Assembly (NCBI GenBank): GCA_040904505.1
Contig: JBBDTH010000017.1
Location: 1 to 56,845, forward strand
Length of the DNA: 56,845 nucleotides
Direction: 5' to 3'
DNA from: Rhodospirillales bacterium
GTDB lineage: Bacteria > Pseudomonadota > Alphaproteobacteria > Rhodospirillales > CALINB01
Part shown: positions 17,499 to 26,315 of the stretch, piece by piece
Position numbering within the stretch: position 1 is the first letter of the stretch
Layout: the number at the start of each line of letters is the position of its first letter
Position numbers and translations under genes: made by a program
Notes under the pieces: model-generated
Databases searched by the model: none
Seen by the model: only the letters and a program-made list of their open reading frames with translations
Told to the model about the DNA's origin: nothing

Positions 17499-18095
17499 AA
17501 ACAAGGTCGTCGCCTCGTCGAGCCAGCGCGATAACGCTTCCTCGTCGTCGGCTTCGATAACCCGCCGGGCGAGATCGAACGAAAAACCCGCGCGCGCGAG
17601 GACGCCGAGATCCTTTTGATAATATTTCTCCCGGCTGGCGCGCGGACGGTACGGCCCCAAACGGCGGCGCCGGACCAGGGCGATCGCGGCGGCGAGATCG
17701 GGCCGCGGGGTCGTTCGTTCGAGGGCGTTCACCGCCTCTTCGATCAAGGCGGCAGCGACGCCTTTTTGCCCGAGGCGGCTGCGGATCGCGCGCAGGGATT
17801 CGCCCCGGGCCAGGAACATCTCGGCGGTCCGGTGGGCGTAGCGCGTATCGTCGATCAAGCCGGCCGACTCGCAGCGGTCCAGAATGGTGTCGATGAGCGC
17901 GATACCGTCCGTTTTGTCCGTGCCGTAGGCGCGCGCGGCGCGCTCGAGGCGGCGCATCAACACGCGCCGCAGGTTGAGCCGGGAACTGGCGTAGCGTTGC
18001 AGATACCCGAGCGCGGCCTTCGTCAGCGTCGCCTCGTCGGCCCGGCGGGGCTTGGGCTTTTTCGCTTTTCGGGTCCGGTCCGACTGTCTCGCCAT
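17496..18095 (-). CDS. recX: Recombination regulator RecX
   Basis: Frame of ORF 17496-18164 from MARQSDRTRKAKKPKP. RecX-like three-repeat helical pattern: ALGYLQRYASSRLNLRRVL, LIDDTRYAHRTAEMFLARGESLRAIRSRLGQKGV. Confidence 0.75.
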   Translation of the reverse strand: MARQSDRTRKAKKPKPRRADEATLTKAALGYLQRYASSRLNLRRVLMRRLERAARAYGTDKTDGIALIDTILDRCESAGLIDDTRYAHRTAEMFLARGESLRAIRSRLGQKGVAAALIEEAVNALERTTPRPDLAAAIALVRRRRLGPYRPRASREKYYQKDLGVLARAGFSFDLARRVIEADDEEALSRWLDEATTLF

Positions 18096-18424
18096 CCCCA
18101 AAGCATAGAGCAGATCCGGCAAAAAAACCGGCAAAAAGAAGCTGTGTGCGTGGGGGACGCACACAGCGATAGGGGGATCGTGAGGATCGGGTCGTTACCG
18201 GCTCTTTTGCGGGGTCAGGCGCAAGATTCTGATGGGGGGTTCCTCGGTTTTGAAATCATCGGCGTTGACGAGAACGAGTTTGCCCCGGCCGAAAAGGGTC
18301 GGGAAGAGACCGTAATTTAAGGCTTTAACTTACGGCGGTAATGTTTCAAAACGGTGTCCCCGATATGAAGAAGCAGGGACGGCGCGAAAAAGGTAATCGC
18401 GGAACGGCGGATCGGCGGGCGGGC

Positions 18425-19204
18425 ATGGTGATCGACGATACCCACAATTGGCTTGGCGTGCGCACGCTCTATGCGCGCGAGGTGCGCCGGTTCTTGAAGG
18501 TCTATACCCAGACCCTGCTCGCGCCCATCGTGACGACCCTCCTGTTCATGGCGATCTTCGCGCTGGCCCTGGGGGGCGCGGTCCGCCAGGTCGCGGGCGT
18601 GCCGTTTCTCGAGTTTCTGGCGCCGGGCCTGATCATGATGGCAATTGCCCAGAACGCCTTCGCCAATACGTCGTCCTCGATCATGGTTTCCAAGGTTCAA
18701 GGCAATATCGTCGATATCCTGATGCCGCCCTTGACGGCGCACGAGTTGACGCTCTGCATGGTCATGGGCGGCGCGACCCGGGGCGTGCTCGTGGGCCTGC
18801 TGGTTGCCCTCGCCATGAGTGCGGTCGTTCCCTTTCAACTTCACCATATCGGGTTTATGGCGTTTCACGCCGTCATGGCATCGATCATGCTGTCGAGCCT
18901 CGGACTCATCGCGGGTATCTGGGCCGACAAGTTCGATCAGATGGCCGGCGTCACCAACTTCGTGATCACGCCGCTGGCGTTTCTGTCGGGCACTTTCTAC
19001 TCCATTCAACGGCTGCCCGAGGCCGTTCAGATCGCGGCGCATCTCAATCCGTTTTTTTACATGATCGACGGTTTCCGCTACGGCTTTATCGGCCACGCCG
19101 ACGGATCGCTGACGGCCGGCATCGTCGTGCTCTCGGGCTTTAATCTGGCGCTGTGGGCGGTGTGCTACCGGATGTTCAAAACCGGCTATAAGCTGAAAAG
19201 CTGA
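18425..19204 (+). CDS. ABC-2 type transporter permease (YadH-like)
   Basis: Frame of ORF 18341-19204. Starting at MVIDDTHNWLGVRTLYAREVRRFLKVYTQTLLAPIVTTLLF gives ~259 aa and 6 TMs, typical of ABC-2 permeases. The start could instead be 18341 or 18365. Confidence 0.75.
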   Translation: MVIDDTHNWLGVRTLYAREVRRFLKVYTQTLLAPIVTTLLFMAIFALALGGAVRQVAGVPFLEFLAPGLIMMAIAQNAFANTSSSIMVSKVQGNIVDILMPPLTAHELTLCMVMGGATRGVLVGLLVALAMSAVVPFQLHHIGFMAFHAVMASIMLSSLGLIAGIWADKFDQMAGVTNFVITPLAFLSGTFYSIQRLPEAVQIAAHLNPFFYMIDGFRYGFIGHADGSLTAGIVVLSGFNLALWAVCYRMFKTGYKLKS

Positions 19205-19283
19205 TCGGGCCCAAACCCGGGATAAGGGAGTCCCGGTTTCAACGAGCCACTTCGGCTTGAACCGTGCCCTTATAGGGGTGGGG

Positions 19284-19670
19284 ATGGGAATGGCGAATCG
19301 TCTAAAAGACTGGGCGCGCGCGATCAAGCGGAATATTCACGCACTGTACTTGGCGAGCCGCGATCCCCGTGTTCCGTGGTACGCCAAGGCGGTCGCCGTC
19401 GTCGTCGTAGGCTATGCGCTCTCTCCGATCGATCTCATTCCCGATTTCATCCCGGTCTTGGGGTATCTGGACGATCTGATCCTGCTGCCGCTCGGTATTC
19501 TGCTGGTCATTCGGTTGATCCCGCCGGCGATCATGGCGGAGCACCGCGCCGCGGCCGTCGCGGCACGGGATTGCCCGGTAAGCCGCGTGGCGGCGGTCGT
19601 GATCGTTTGCCTCTGGGCGGCGGCCGTCGTGGCGACGGGATGGGTCATCCTGCGCTATTTCGAGTCTTGA
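19284..19670 (+). CDS. YkvA/DUF1232 family membrane protein
   Basis: Motif SPIDLIPDFIPVLGYLDDLILLPLGI is the DUF1232 hallmark. The start is either 19284 or 19290. Confidence 0.75.
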   Translation: MGMANRLKDWARAIKRNIHALYLASRDPRVPWYAKAVAVVVVGYALSPIDLIPDFIPVLGYLDDLILLPLGILLVIRLIPPAIMAEHRAAAVAARDCPVSRVAAVVIVCLWAAAVVATGWVILRYFES

Positions 19671-19706
19671 AATTAGAACCGCGCCGCACCCGGTTTAAGG
19701 CCGCCG

Positions 19707-19735
19707 TTGACAAGCTCCTGTAACCCCCTGATAAT
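19707..19735 (+). promoter_or_regulatory. Near-consensus sigma70-type promoter upstream of argD (TTGACA-17 nt-GATAAT)
   Basis: TTGACA at 19707-19712, a 17-nt spacer, then GATAAT at 19730-19735. It lies ~60 nt before the argD GTG start, which has AGGAG at 19786-19790. Confidence 0.5.
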
Positions 19736-19796
19736 ACCCCGCTTTCCGTGACGGGGCCGGCACCTGGGCCGGCCTCACGCGTTTCAGGAGAGCATC

Positions 19797-20978
19797 GTGA
19801 TCCAAGCCGTCATGCCCACGTACGATCGGGCCGACCTGACCTTCGTCAAGGGGGAAGGCATGTACCTGTTCGACCGGGACGGCCGGCGGTATCTGGATTT
19901 CGGCGCCGGCGTCGCCGTGGCCGCGCTCGGCCATTGCCATCCGCATCTGGTCGAGACCCTGCGGCTCCAGGCCGACACCCTGTGGCATTGCTCCAATCTG
20001 TATCACATCCCCGATCAGGAGCGCTTGGCGCAACGGTTCGTGGACAACACGTTCGCCGATTCGGTCTTTTTCGCCAATTCGGGCGCCGAAGCGGTCGAGT
20101 GCTGCCTGAAAATGGCCCGGCGCTATCACGACGAAAACGGCGCGCCGGAGCGCTATCGGATCGTCACGTGCGACGGCGGCTTCCACGGCCGCACGCTGGC
20201 GACCATCGCCGCCGGCGGCCAGGAAAAAATCCTCAAAGGGTTCGATCCGGTGGTCGACGGTTTCGATCATGTCGCGTTCGGCAATTTGAACGAAATGCGC
20301 GCCGCGATCACGGGCGAAACGGCGGCCATTTTGGTCGAGCCGGTTCAAGGCGAGGGCGGCATCCGCCCGGCCGACGTCGAGTACCTGAAAAGCCTGCGCA
20401 CGATCGCCGACGAATTCGGCATTTTGCTGATCTTCGACGAAGTGCAGACCGGCATGGGCCGGACCGGCACGTTGTTCGCCTACGAATGGGCCGGCGTCGC
20501 GCCCGATGCCTTGGCGGTCGCGAAAGGCCTCGGCGGCGGTTTCCCCGTCGGCGCGTGCCTGGCGGTCGAGAAGGCGGCGAAGGCCCTGGGGCCGGGCAGC
20601 CACGGCTCGACCTTCGGCGGCAATCCGCTGGCGATGGCGGTGGCCAATGCGGTTCTCGACGTGATGCTGGCGCCCGGGTTTTTCGAAAGCGTCGACGGGG
20701 TGGCCGAGCTGTTGTGGCGGCGGGTGCGCGGCGTCGCCAAGAAGTATCCGAAAATCATCGCCGAGGTGCGCGGCGTCGGGCTGATGATCGGACTTAAATG
20801 CGTGATCGCCAATACGGTTCTGATCAAGAAGCTTCAGGAGCACGGCCTGCTGGCGATCGGCGCGGGGGATAACGTCGTGCGTTTCATCCCGCCGCTGATC
20901 ATCGAGGAACGCCATGTCGAGGAAGGCATGGCGATTTTGGATAAGAGCCTTGCCGAATTGGCGAAGGATGCGGCCTGA
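19797..20978 (+). CDS. argD: Acetylornithine (succinyl-diaminopimelate-type class III) aminotransferase
   Basis: 393 aa. [22 protein letters not shown]-terminus, and [11 protein letters not shown] in the PLP-lysine region. The GTG start has a good SD. It is followed immediately by argF. Confidence 0.9.
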   Translation: MIQAVMPTYDRADLTFVKGEGMYLFDRDGRRYLDFGAGVAVAALGHCHPHLVETLRLQADTLWHCSNLYHIPDQERLAQRFVDNTFADSVFFANSGAEAVECCLKMARRYHDENGAPERYRIVTCDGGFHGRTLATIAAGGQEKILKGFDPVVDGFDHVAFGNLNEMRAAITGETAAILVEPVQGEGGIRPADVEYLKSLRTIADEFGILLIFDEVQTGMGRTGTLFAYEWAGVAPDALAVAKGLGGGFPVGACLAVEKAAKALGPGSHGSTFGGNPLAMAVANAVLDVMLAPGFFESVDGVAELLWRRVRGVAKKYPKIIAEVRGVGLMIGLKCVIANTVLIKKLQEHGLLAIGAGDNVVRFIPPLIIEERHVEEGMAILDKSLAELAKDAA

Positions 20979-20979
20979 G

Positions 20980-21885
20980 ATGTCGAACGCGCCGAAACAT
21001 TTTCTGGATATCGACCGGTTCGACGAAGAAACCTTGCGTGAAATCATCGAGCGGGGCGTTGCCTTCAAGAACGGCAAAAGGAACGGCCGGCCCCTGTCGG
21101 GCAAAACGCTCGTGATGATTTTCGAGAAGCCGTCGACGCGCACGCGGGTTTCCTTCGACGTCGGCATGCAGCAGTTGGGGGGAATCGTCGTCGTGTTGGG
21201 CGAGGCGGATTCCCAGTTGGGCCGGGGCGAAACCATCGCCGATACGGCCCGGGTGCTGTCGCGCTACGGCGATGCCATCATGATCCGCACGGACGATCCG
21301 CAAAAGCTTCAAGACCTGGTCGAGTTCGCCGGCATCCCCGTCATCAACGGTTTGACCGACGATTCCCACCCGTGTCAGGTGATGGCGGATATCATGACGT
21401 TCGAGGAGCACCGCGGGCCGATCACCGGCAAGGTGGTCGCGTGGAGCGGGGACGGCAACAACGTGGCGGCCTCGTGGATTCACGCCGCCGTGCGGCTCGG
21501 ATTCACGCTGCGCTTGGCGTGTCCGAAACGATTTCAGCCGCGTCCCGATCTGCTGACCTGGGCACAAGCCGAACACGGCGACGTTTCGGTCGTCGGCGAT
21601 CCGGCGGCCGCGGTCGAGGGCGCGGATTTGGTGCTGACCGACGTTTGGGTTTCCATGGGAGACGAGGACGCCGAGACGCGCCAGCGGCTGCTGTCGGCCT
21701 ATCAGGTCAACGACGCCTTGATGGCGCAGGCCAAGCCGGACGCGCTGTTCATGCATTGCCTGCCGGCGCACCGCGGCGAGGAAGTGACGGCGTCGGTCAT
21801 CGACGGGCCGAACGCGGTGGTGTGGGACGAGGCCGAAAACCGGCTTCATGTTCAAAAAGGCATCCTCGATTGGTGCCTGTCCTGA
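20980..21885 (+). CDS. argF: Ornithine carbamoyltransferase
   Basis: Frame of ORF 20914-21885 from [11 protein letters not shown]. Motifs [20 protein letters not shown] and [11 protein letters not shown]. The ATG is 1 nt after the argD stop. Confidence 0.9.
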   Translation: MSNAPKHFLDIDRFDEETLREIIERGVAFKNGKRNGRPLSGKTLVMIFEKPSTRTRVSFDVGMQQLGGIVVVLGEADSQLGRGETIADTARVLSRYGDAIMIRTDDPQKLQDLVEFAGIPVINGLTDDSHPCQVMADIMTFEEHRGPITGKVVAWSGDGNNVAASWIHAAVRLGFTLRLACPKRFQPRPDLLTWAQAEHGDVSVVGDPAAAVEGADLVLTDVWVSMGDEDAETRQRLLSAYQVNDALMAQAKPDALFMHCLPAHRGEEVTASVIDGPNAVVWDEAENRLHVQKGILDWCLS

Positions 21886-22012
21886 CCGCAATACCCCGGT
21901 TTTTGGGGCTTGCCCGCGTTTAACCCTTTCTCAACCCGTCTTCGTCACTCTAGGGTAGATCATGATCCGGTCTAGAATTTCCAGGTTTCTCGGGAGGAAA
22001 AGGGAAGCGGCC

Positions 22013-22363
22013 ATGAGAGTATGGTTAAGCGTATTGGTGTTTGCCGGGCTGCTCGTCACGCCGGCCTTGGCGAACGCGCAATCGGGAACCAACGAGCAGT
22101 CGGGGCGGAGCGGGCAGCCGCTGTCGGTTTTTTGCAACGTCGCCCCGGAGTTGAGCACGCAGCGCAGCGATTCCGTGGATAACTGGGTGCGCATCTGCTC
22201 GTTGTGGTTGCCCTATAACTGCCAGGCCAAGGGCGCGGCCCCCGGCGGCAAAAAAGTCCGGTTCGATCCGTCGGCCCCCGGTTTCAGGCTGATCGGTTCC
22301 GCCCCGGCCCCTGTATCTGTTCCCGGCCCCGGCCCCGACCCCGACGGAGCGGCATTGCCGTAA
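22013..22363 (+). CDS. Hypothetical secreted protein
   Basis: Frame of ORF 21962-22363. MRVWLSVLVFAGLLVTPALANA is a signal peptide, and GGAGG-like purines lie upstream. The tail is Cys-containing and Pro-rich. No family recognised. Confidence 0.5.
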   Translation: MRVWLSVLVFAGLLVTPALANAQSGTNEQSGRSGQPLSVFCNVAPELSTQRSDSVDNWVRICSLWLPYNCQAKGAAPGGKKVRFDPSAPGFRLIGSAPAPVSVPGPGPDPDGAALP

Positions 22364-22436
22364 TCGGACACGGCCGGACTTAATTTCGGCCACCGCCTTG
22401 AAGAGCGTCGGCGGCTCGTGGCAGTATAAGGCCATC

Positions 22437-23036
22437 ATGCGAAAAATTTTCTCCCGTTCTATCGTGATCCTCGCGTTGGCCCTGGGCGTTCCGGGCCTTG
22501 CCGGGTGCGGAACCGACGTACAGGTCCAGAAGCTGCCGGAACTGACCTTCGCTCATCTCGGCGCGATCGAGCTCAACGTGGCGCGGCTCGATGTCGTTTC
22601 GCGCTACCAGGCTCCGATGAAGCGGCCGAACGTGGATCATCTTGTTCCTGTGTCGCCGCTGACCGCCATGAAACGATGGGCGCAAGATCGGATCAAGCCC
22701 GCCGGACGGTCGGGGGCCGTGACGTTCACGGTGCACCAAGCCAGCGTGATCGAAGAGAAACTCAAAATGAAGTCAGGGGTCACCGGCACGTTCACCACGC
22801 AACAATCCGAACGTTATACCGCCCGGGTCGAGGCGACCTTGGAAGTGTTCGATCAGGCGGGGCAGCGGCGCGGTTTCGCAACGGCGAACGCGGTACGCTC
22901 GCAGACCTTGCGCGAGGACGCCTCGCTGAACGCGCGCGAGAAAATGTGGTTCGGACTTGTCGAGGAGTTGATGCAGGAGTTCGACAAGGCGATGACTAAG
23001 AACATCAAGACTCATCTCGTCAATTGGGTCATGTAA
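22437..23036 (+). CDS. Hypothetical lipoprotein
   Basis: Frame of ORF 22398-23036 from MRKIFSRSIVILALALGVPGLAGC, which has a lipobox (LAGC). No family recognised. Confidence 0.6.
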   Translation: MRKIFSRSIVILALALGVPGLAGCGTDVQVQKLPELTFAHLGAIELNVARLDVVSRYQAPMKRPNVDHLVPVSPLTAMKRWAQDRIKPAGRSGAVTFTVHQASVIEEKLKMKSGVTGTFTTQQSERYTARVEATLEVFDQAGQRRGFATANAVRSQTLREDASLNAREKMWFGLVEELMQEFDKAMTKNIKTHLVNWVM

Positions 23037-23053
23037 TCTCGCCGTTTATGTCG

Positions 23054-24043
23054 TTACGACGCGTTCGTCAGGCAATCCTTCAGGTTTTTCGCGAGGCCGT
23101 TCAGCAGTAAAAAATACATGTCCGGGCCGGCGGCGAGTTTCGCGCCGAGCGGATCGAGCACGCCGGATTTGGCCGGTGTCCCCCCGATAATGGTTTTGAC
23201 CAAGGCCGGTTCGAATTGCGGCTCGGCGAAAACGCATCGGATGCCGTGCGAGAGCAGTTTGGCGCGGATTTCGGAGAGCCGTTTGGCGCCGGGCTTGCGG
23301 GCTTCGTGGGTGGAGATCGACCCTGCCGCGTTGAGCCGGTGATCGCGCTCGAAATACTGATAGGCATCGTGGAAAACAAAATAGGGTGTGCTGCGCACCG
23401 GTGCGAGTTGCGTATCGATGGCGCGGAACGTCGAATCGATGCGGGCGATGACGCCTTGGCCGTTTTTGCGGTAGCGCGCGGCATTGGGCGGGTCCTTCTT
23501 GCTCAGCGCGGTTACGGCCGTGCGCACGATCGCTTTGGCGTTGTCGCGGCCGAGCCAGATGTGCATATCGTAAACGCCGTGGGCCTGCTCGGTTTGCGTT
23601 TTGTCGTGACCGTGACCGGGGGCCTCGTCATCGACATGCGCGTCCCACGGGCCGCCTTCGCGGGATTTCAAAAGCCGGATTCCGGGCGTACCGCTGAGCT
23701 TGACGACAATCGCCTTGCGGCCGAGGGAGTGGAGCGGTTTTTGCAGGAACGTCTCCATCGAATCGCCGACCCAAAAAATGAGATCGGCCCGGCTGAGAAG
23801 CCGGGCTTCCGAGGGACGGAGGGAATAGGCATGAGGCGAGGCGCCGCCGGCGATCAGGACGGACGGCGATCCGATGCCGGTCATCACGCCGACGATCAGG
23901 GAATGAAGCGGCTTGATCGACGCAACCACGGTGGGCGCTTCGGCGCTTGCCGGGGCGGGCGTCCAGAGAACGGCTGACAAAAGGACGGCTGCTTTCACCG
24001 CCGTGCGCCGCCTTGCGGTATAAGGCTGAGGCATGCGAGTCAT
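23054..24043 (-). CDS. znuA: Zinc ABC transporter substrate-binding protein
   Basis: 329 aa with a signal peptide. Cluster-9 SBP motifs (VVASIKPLHSL, GASPHAYSLRPSE) and a His/Asp-rich loop (HVDDEAPGHGHDKTQTEQAHG). It is divergent from zur-znuCB. Confidence 0.9.
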   Translation of the reverse strand: MTRMPQPYTARRRTAVKAAVLLSAVLWTPAPASAEAPTVVASIKPLHSLIVGVMTGIGSPSVLIAGGASPHAYSLRPSEARLLSRADLIFWVGDSMETFLQKPLHSLGRKAIVVKLSGTPGIRLLKSREGGPWDAHVDDEAPGHGHDKTQTEQAHGVYDMHIWLGRDNAKAIVRTAVTALSKKDPPNAARYRKNGQGVIARIDSTFRAIDTQLAPVRSTPYFVFHDAYQYFERDHRLNAAGSISTHEARKPGAKRLSEIRAKLLSHGIRCVFAEPQFEPALVKTIIGGTPAKSGVLDPLGAKLAAGPDMYFLLLNGLAKNLKDCLTNAS

Positions 24044-24055
24044 CCTTTCCGGATA

Positions 24056-24105
24056 GTTACGTTATATCATTGCTTTACCTGAGGCAGCTAATGATATAAC
24101 GTAAC
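24056..24105. promoter_or_regulatory. Pair of inverted 16-bp Zur-box-like operators in the znuA / zur-znuCB divergent promoter region
   Basis: GTTACGTTATATCATT (24056-24071) and its exact reverse complement AATGATATAACGTAAC (24090-24105) are separated by 18 bp. Each arm contains ACGTTATATCAT, close to the palindromic ATGTTATAACAT-type core I recall for Zur boxes. Confidence 0.55.
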
Positions 24106-24108
24106 ACT

Positions 24109-24657
24109 ATGGCGGGTGTCAAACGGGGAAATCCGATGGTCAAAACGGCGAAGAACGAGGTCTTGGAGCCCTTTCACGAAACCCGGCACGATCACGCGCA
24201 TTGTATCGGCGAGGCGTTGGCGTCGGCGGATCAGCTCTGCCTAGACGCCGGCGTGCGCCTGACGCCGTTGCGCCGGCGGGTTCTCGAAATGGTGTGGCAG
24301 AGTCACGAGCCGGTCGGGGCGTACGATCTGCTCGATCGGTTGCGCCATGAACGGCGCCGGGCGGCGCCGCCGACGGTCTACCGGGCGCTCGATTTTCTGC
24401 TCGAGCAAGGGCTCATTCACCGTATCGAATCCTTGAACGCTTATGTCGGGTGCGGCGAACCGCACGATCGGCACGGCGGCCAATTCCTGATTTGCCGCGA
24501 TTGCGGTTCGGTCGCGGAATTGAACGACGGCGATATCGCCGATACCGTCGTTTCGAAGGCGCGCCGTCAGGGATTTCACGTGCAGCGGCAAACGATCGAA
24601 ATTCTCGGGTTGTGCCCGAATTGCGGCAAGAAAGCCGGGGCGATTCATGCAGGCTGA
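24109..24657 (+). CDS. zur: Zinc uptake regulator (Fur family)
   Basis: Fur-family wHTH (RLTPLRRRVLEMV...PPTVYRALDFLLEQGLIHRI) and CxxC pairs (CRDCG, CPNCG). Genomic context with znuACB supports the call. The start may be 24136 (MVKTAK), because 24109 abuts the operator. Confidence 0.85.
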   Translation: MAGVKRGNPMVKTAKNEVLEPFHETRHDHAHCIGEALASADQLCLDAGVRLTPLRRRVLEMVWQSHEPVGAYDLLDRLRHERRRAAPPTVYRALDFLLEQGLIHRIESLNAYVGCGEPHDRHGGQFLICRDCGSVAELNDGDIADTVVSKARRQGFHVQRQTIEILGLCPNCGKKAGAIHAG

Positions 24658-25501
24658 ACACCTAACCGGCGTGCCTTTGGTGGAAGCCAAGGACATTACG
24701 ATGCGTTTCGGCAATATTCTGGCCATCGACCGCATCTCGCTGGCGATTCGCGCAGGCGAGATCGTGACCCTGATCGGGCCGAACGGTTCGGGCAAGACCA
24801 CGCTGGTGCGGATCATCCTCGGGCTGCAGGCGCCGACGTCGGGTACCGTAACGTGTCGGAAATACGTCCGGGTCGGTTATGTGCCGCAGCATTTCTCTAT
24901 CGATGAAACACTGCCCCTGACGGTCCGGCGGCTGTTGCGCCTGTCCGCCGATCATACCCGTGGGCGATCCCGCGCCATTCTCGAGGAAATCGGCATTCGT
25001 TACGTGCTCGATCAACCCGTGCACGGTCTTTCCGGCGGCGAACTGCGCCGGGTACTGCTGGCGCGCGCGCTGTTGCGCGAGCCCGATCTGCTGGTCCTGG
25101 ACGAACCGACGGCCGGCGTCGATGTCGCGGGCCAGGCGGAACTTTACGAACTGATCCGGGCCTTGCGCGATAAACGGCAGTGCGGCGTGCTCATGGTTTC
25201 GCACGATCTTCATCTGGTGATGGCGGCGACCGACCGCGTGATCTGCGTCAATCACCACATTTGTTGCGAGGGACGTCCCGAGACGGTCAGCCGGGCGCCG
25301 GAATATCTGGCCTTGTTCGGCGATCAGGCGGCCAGGACCCTGGCGGTTTACGCTCATGCCCACGATCACCGTCACGATGTCGCGGGTCATCCCGTGCGGG
25401 ACGATGTCGCGGGTCATCCCGTGCGGGACGATGACTCCGATCCCGCTTCCGACCGCGACGATCAGGCGAAACCGGCATCCGAACAGGTCCGCCATGGATG
25501 A
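24647..25501 (+). CDS. znuC: Zinc ABC transporter ATP-binding protein with His/Asp-rich C-terminal tail
   Basis: Walker A GPNGSGKTT, signature LSGGELRRV, Walker B LLVLDEPT. The tail reads AHAHDHRHDVAGHPVRDDVAGHPVRDDDSD. It overlaps the zur stop and the znuB start. Confidence 0.9.
   Translation: MQAEHLTGVPLVEAKDITMRFGNILAIDRISLAIRAGEIVTLIGPNGSGKTTLVRIILGLQAPTSGTVTCRKYVRVGYVPQHFSIDETLPLTVRRLLRLSADHTRGRSRAILEEIGIRYVLDQPVHGLSGGELRRVLLARALLREPDLLVLDEPTAGVDVAGQAELYELIRALRDKRQCGVLMVSHDLHLVMAATDRVICVNHHICCEGRPETVSRAPEYLALFGDQAARTLAVYAHAHDHRHDVAGHPVRDDVAGHPVRDDDSDPASDRDDQAKPASEQVRHG
25376..25429 (+). repeat. Perfect 27-bp in-frame tandem duplication inside the znuC tail
   Basis: gatgtcgcgggtcatcccgtgcgggac occurs at 25376-25402 and again at 25403-25429, encoding DVAGHPVRD twice. 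Confidence 0.95.
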
Positions 25502-26303
25502 TTTTCTTGTGCGCGCGCTTGTCGCCGGCGTCGGCGTCGCGCTCGTCGCCGGACCGGTCGGGTGCTTCATCGTCTGGCGGCGCATGGCCTATTTCGGGGC
25601 GACCTTGGCGCACGCGGCGTTGCTCGGGGTCGCGCTGGGGTTTCTGTTCGAAGTCAGTTTGACCATCGGCATCATCGTCGTGTGCGTCGGCATTTCCCTG
25701 CTGTTGGCGGCCTTGCAGTATCAGCGCCGGCTGGCGACCGATACCCTGCTCGGAATCCTGGCCCACGGCGCGTTGGCCGCCGGATTGGTCGTGCTCGCGT
25801 TCATGAAATCGCTGCGGGTCGATCTGATGGCGTATCTTTTCGGCGACATACTGGCCGTCGACACGTTGGATATCGTTTGGATTTACGCCGGTGGCATCGG
25901 CTGCCTGATCGCGTTGGCGTGCATCTGGTCGCGCCTTTTGAGCATGACCGTGCATGAGGACTTAGCCAAGGTCGAAGGCGTGAACGTGACCTTGATCCGG
26001 CTGATCTACATGCTGTTGATCGCCGTCGTCGTCGCCGTCGGCATGAAAATCGTCGGCATGTTGCTGATTATTTCGATGCTGATTATTCCGGCGGCCGTTG
26101 CCCGGCGTTTCGCCGCGACGCCCGAGCAGATGGCGGCGCTGGCCAGTCTGATCGGCATTGTCGCCGTGGGCTTGGGGCTGTTTTCGTCGTTGCGCTGGGA
26201 TACCCCGGCCGGGCCGACCATCGTGGTGGTGGCGACGCTCTTGTTCTTCCTGTCGCTTGCGGTGCCGGCCTTGCGATCCCGCAAGAGCAGGACATCGTCG
26301 TAA
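25494..26303 (+). CDS. znuB: Zinc ABC transporter permease
   Basis: Frame of ORF 25356-26303 from MDDFLVRALVAGVGVALVAGPVGCFIVWRRMAYFG, an ABC-3 family N-terminus. The ATG overlaps the znuC stop (ATGGATGA). Confidence 0.9.
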   Translation: MDDFLVRALVAGVGVALVAGPVGCFIVWRRMAYFGATLAHAALLGVALGFLFEVSLTIGIIVVCVGISLLLAALQYQRRLATDTLLGILAHGALAAGLVVLAFMKSLRVDLMAYLFGDILAVDTLDIVWIYAGGIGCLIALACIWSRLLSMTVHEDLAKVEGVNVTLIRLIYMLLIAVVVAVGMKIVGMLLIISMLIIPAAVARRFAATPEQMAALASLIGIVAVGLGLFSSLRWDTPAGPTIVVVATLLFFLSLAVPALRSRKSRTSS

Positions 26304-26315
26304 GCAACAAAAGCG

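Noticed and set aside
18317-21891. Antisense ORFs 18317-19327, 19695-21236 and 20899-21891 (336-513 aa)
   Set aside because: They lie opposite the ABC-2 permease, argD and argF, all of which have strong family signatures. The antisense products are highly basic or acidic low complexity.
21962-22012. ATG at 21962 (MIRSRISRF...) as the start of the small secreted protein
   Set aside because: This ATG lies inside the recurrent ATCATGATCCGGTCTA motif. The start at 22013 gives a canonical signal peptide and has a purine-rich SD.
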